Of a DNA stretch of 64,000 nt, positions 62,023 through 64,000 are shown in pieces (position 1 is the stretch's first letter; each line of letters opens with the position of its first letter). Source of the stretch: Mytilus trossulus (lineage: Eukaryota); assembly GCF_036588685.1 (NCBI RefSeq), contig NC_086381.1, positions 41,788,001 through 41,852,000 on the forward strand, read 5' to 3'. A program made the position numbers and the translations under genes. Under the pieces are notes generated by a model, which saw nothing but the letters and a program-made list of their open reading frames with translations, had not been told where the DNA came from and searched no databases.

Positions 62023-62603
62023 TAACAATAGAAACCAAAATTCCGAAAGAAATATTGGTGACTTAGAAAAGGAGGAGGACTTATTTCAGCTCCAGACGGA
62101 GTCTTTAAATAACCAATCTATAACTTCAAATACTACAGAAAACATTGACAATGCCCGTTATATACCAGAATCAAATACAAAACCAAATGTGGAACCTTAT
62201 ACTTCAAACACTGATGAAACGCAAAGGGTAAGTTGTAAAAAGTAATAAGAAAACTCTTTAATCTTGGAGGGCTTCAACTAAAGTATTACAGTATTTCAAT
62301 GTAAAATTTAATGTTTAACATTTTTAGATTGAGTGTAAAGTCCAACGATCATTATGAACAAAAACGTTATTAACAAAAAATTGTAACTAATTTTTAAAAA
62401 CAGATTTATTCTAGTCCTGCATGATAAATATTTATAGTTACACAATATGAAATGTTTTTATCTTATTATCTATTCAATTGCAAATAAAGGCAGCTAGAAT
62501 TAATTAAAGGATATTCGTAAACCATCTATTGAACTATTTAAGGATTTTCAAAGTCTTCCCGTTACTAAGATAATACTTTACCATTAGTCATTGATAATAT
62601 ATA

Positions 62604-63940
62604 TGTCGTGTACAAGTTGCGATTTTGTACAGGTTATAACATGTACAAAAATATTGTACATGTTATAACTTGTATAATGCAAAAATACAAGTTATAACAT
62701 GTACAAAAGTACCTCATACATGTTATAACCTGTACAAAATATTGCTTAAAAATGGTTTTAACTTGTACAAAATCAAAAAATAAGGATATTTTTCTATTAT
62801 AGCAACAGTTGATATTGACCTCAATAACATTTTCATAACTTTTTTATTATTCCTTCATGTTGGTGTGCTTTGTCCTTTTTTGATACAGTAAATGTCCAGG
62901 GGTCGGTACTACGAAGCATTCTTAAGACTTGTCATAAGATATATCTTAGGACATGTCTAATGATCCTCTTATGACTTTTTATGGACATATCTTTATTTGA
63001 TGAATTATAATTGTGAGTGTCCACTTTGAAGGCAATAGTAAAATACTTTCATTCAAGTTGACACTTAAAGACATAAGAGGATGGCCAGGATAGATGTGTC
63101 TTTAAATAAAATTGGGAATTGAAATGGGATATGTGTCTAAAAGACAACAACCCGCCCATGGAGCAGACAACATCCAAAGGCCACAAATATAAATGCTTTC
63201 AAAGTAAAGGATATATATTTTAAAACATCGAAATGACATTTGCCTCATGCAATGATCTTATAGGTTATAAACAAAAATTGAGTTATAAATTTACATAAGT
63301 TATGCTGAAGGCCAAAAATGTTGAAGAGTATAAGATCCAAAGATATTGATAATGAAGCGTGGTCCAATGATAACTATCTCAGCTGTCTCTTGCTTTTACA
63401 GAGTAAGCATATAAGACCTTGTTTTAGTCTTTGCATGCTATAAAATCGAGAGGGAGGAGTATTTCCCAAAATTATTAGGAATCGTTCTTAAATGTTTTGG
63501 AAGAATTTAGTTACTAGTAACTTATGTAATTGTCATTGAGGAATGCAAGCTTTTAGTAAATAGTTTCACATTTATTTCAGCCCTGATGGACTGCATAAAA
63601 CACACAATTACATGAAAACACATTTTGCCAACATAAGTCCTGAGACATATTTTTTAAACTTTGTTATCATTGTCCACTACAAAAAAAGACACGTTCTGGC
63701 CTATTTATTATTGTTCTTTATGCATTGGTGAATTTAAATGAATATTTTACTTCATTAAGATTTATTTTAAATTTTGTACAAGTTAAAACCATTTTTCAGC
63801 AATATTTTGTACAGGTTATAACATGTATGAGGTACTTTTGTACATGTTATAACTTGTATTTTTGCATTATACAAGTTATAACATGTACAATATTTTTGTA
63901 CATGTTATAACCTGTACAAAATCGCAACTTGTACACGACA
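62604..63940. mobile_element. 1.34-kb non-autonomous Ginger-type element
   Basis: TGT...ACA termini, ~170-bp near-perfect TIRs built of gttataac/tgtaca palindromes, 4-bp TSD TATA. Confidence 0.88.
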
Positions 63941-64000
63941 TATATAAGACAAAGTGTGAACTGGTACAAAAGTATTTATCAAATCTTATAGGCAAAAGAG

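Larger units (their letters stand above)
60685..62250 (+). mobile_element. Ginger2-type DNA transposon (left end plus transposase; right end not seen)
   Basis: Left end tgctagcggcaataag with ggcaataag/ggcattaag sub-repeats, followed by an integrase-like ORF. Confidence 0.8.

Noticed and set aside
61829-62245. 138-aa ORF
   Set aside because: A chimera of SINE sequence and the probable transposase tail.

Overview
AT-rich animal genomic DNA. The repeat families point to a bivalve, most likely a Mytilus mussel (inference). The window lies inside one large minus-strand gene. I reconstructed 20 exons by hand (60356->464, 3827 nt, ~1275 codons) that splice into one uninterrupted frame. The product is an uncharacterised, probably extracellular protein with Cys-rich EGF-like modules followed by FN3/Ig-like beta-sandwich repeats; both ends of the gene appear to lie outside the window. 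Two introns need non-canonical GC-AG donors. The introns are packed with nested mobile DNA: (i) a 15.2-kb CACTA...TAGTG element with an intact 3-bp TSD, which carries a 9.6-kb foldback-like element, a 9-bp-TSD hairpin MITE and apparently captured genomic DNA; (ii) a decayed tyrosine-recombinase (DIRS/Ngaro-type) retrotransposon whose SGNH-hydrolase ORF lies upstream of gag; (iii) a 5'-truncated Tx1/L1 LINE; (iv) three Ginger-type (TGT...ACA) elements, one with a transposase pseudogene; (v) hammerhead-ribozyme retrozyme copies; (vi) many Nin-SINEs, Helentron-like (HINE) elements and tandem arrays. I found no rRNA, tRNA or CRISPR array. Most ORFs in the supplied track are spurious or are exons read through into introns.
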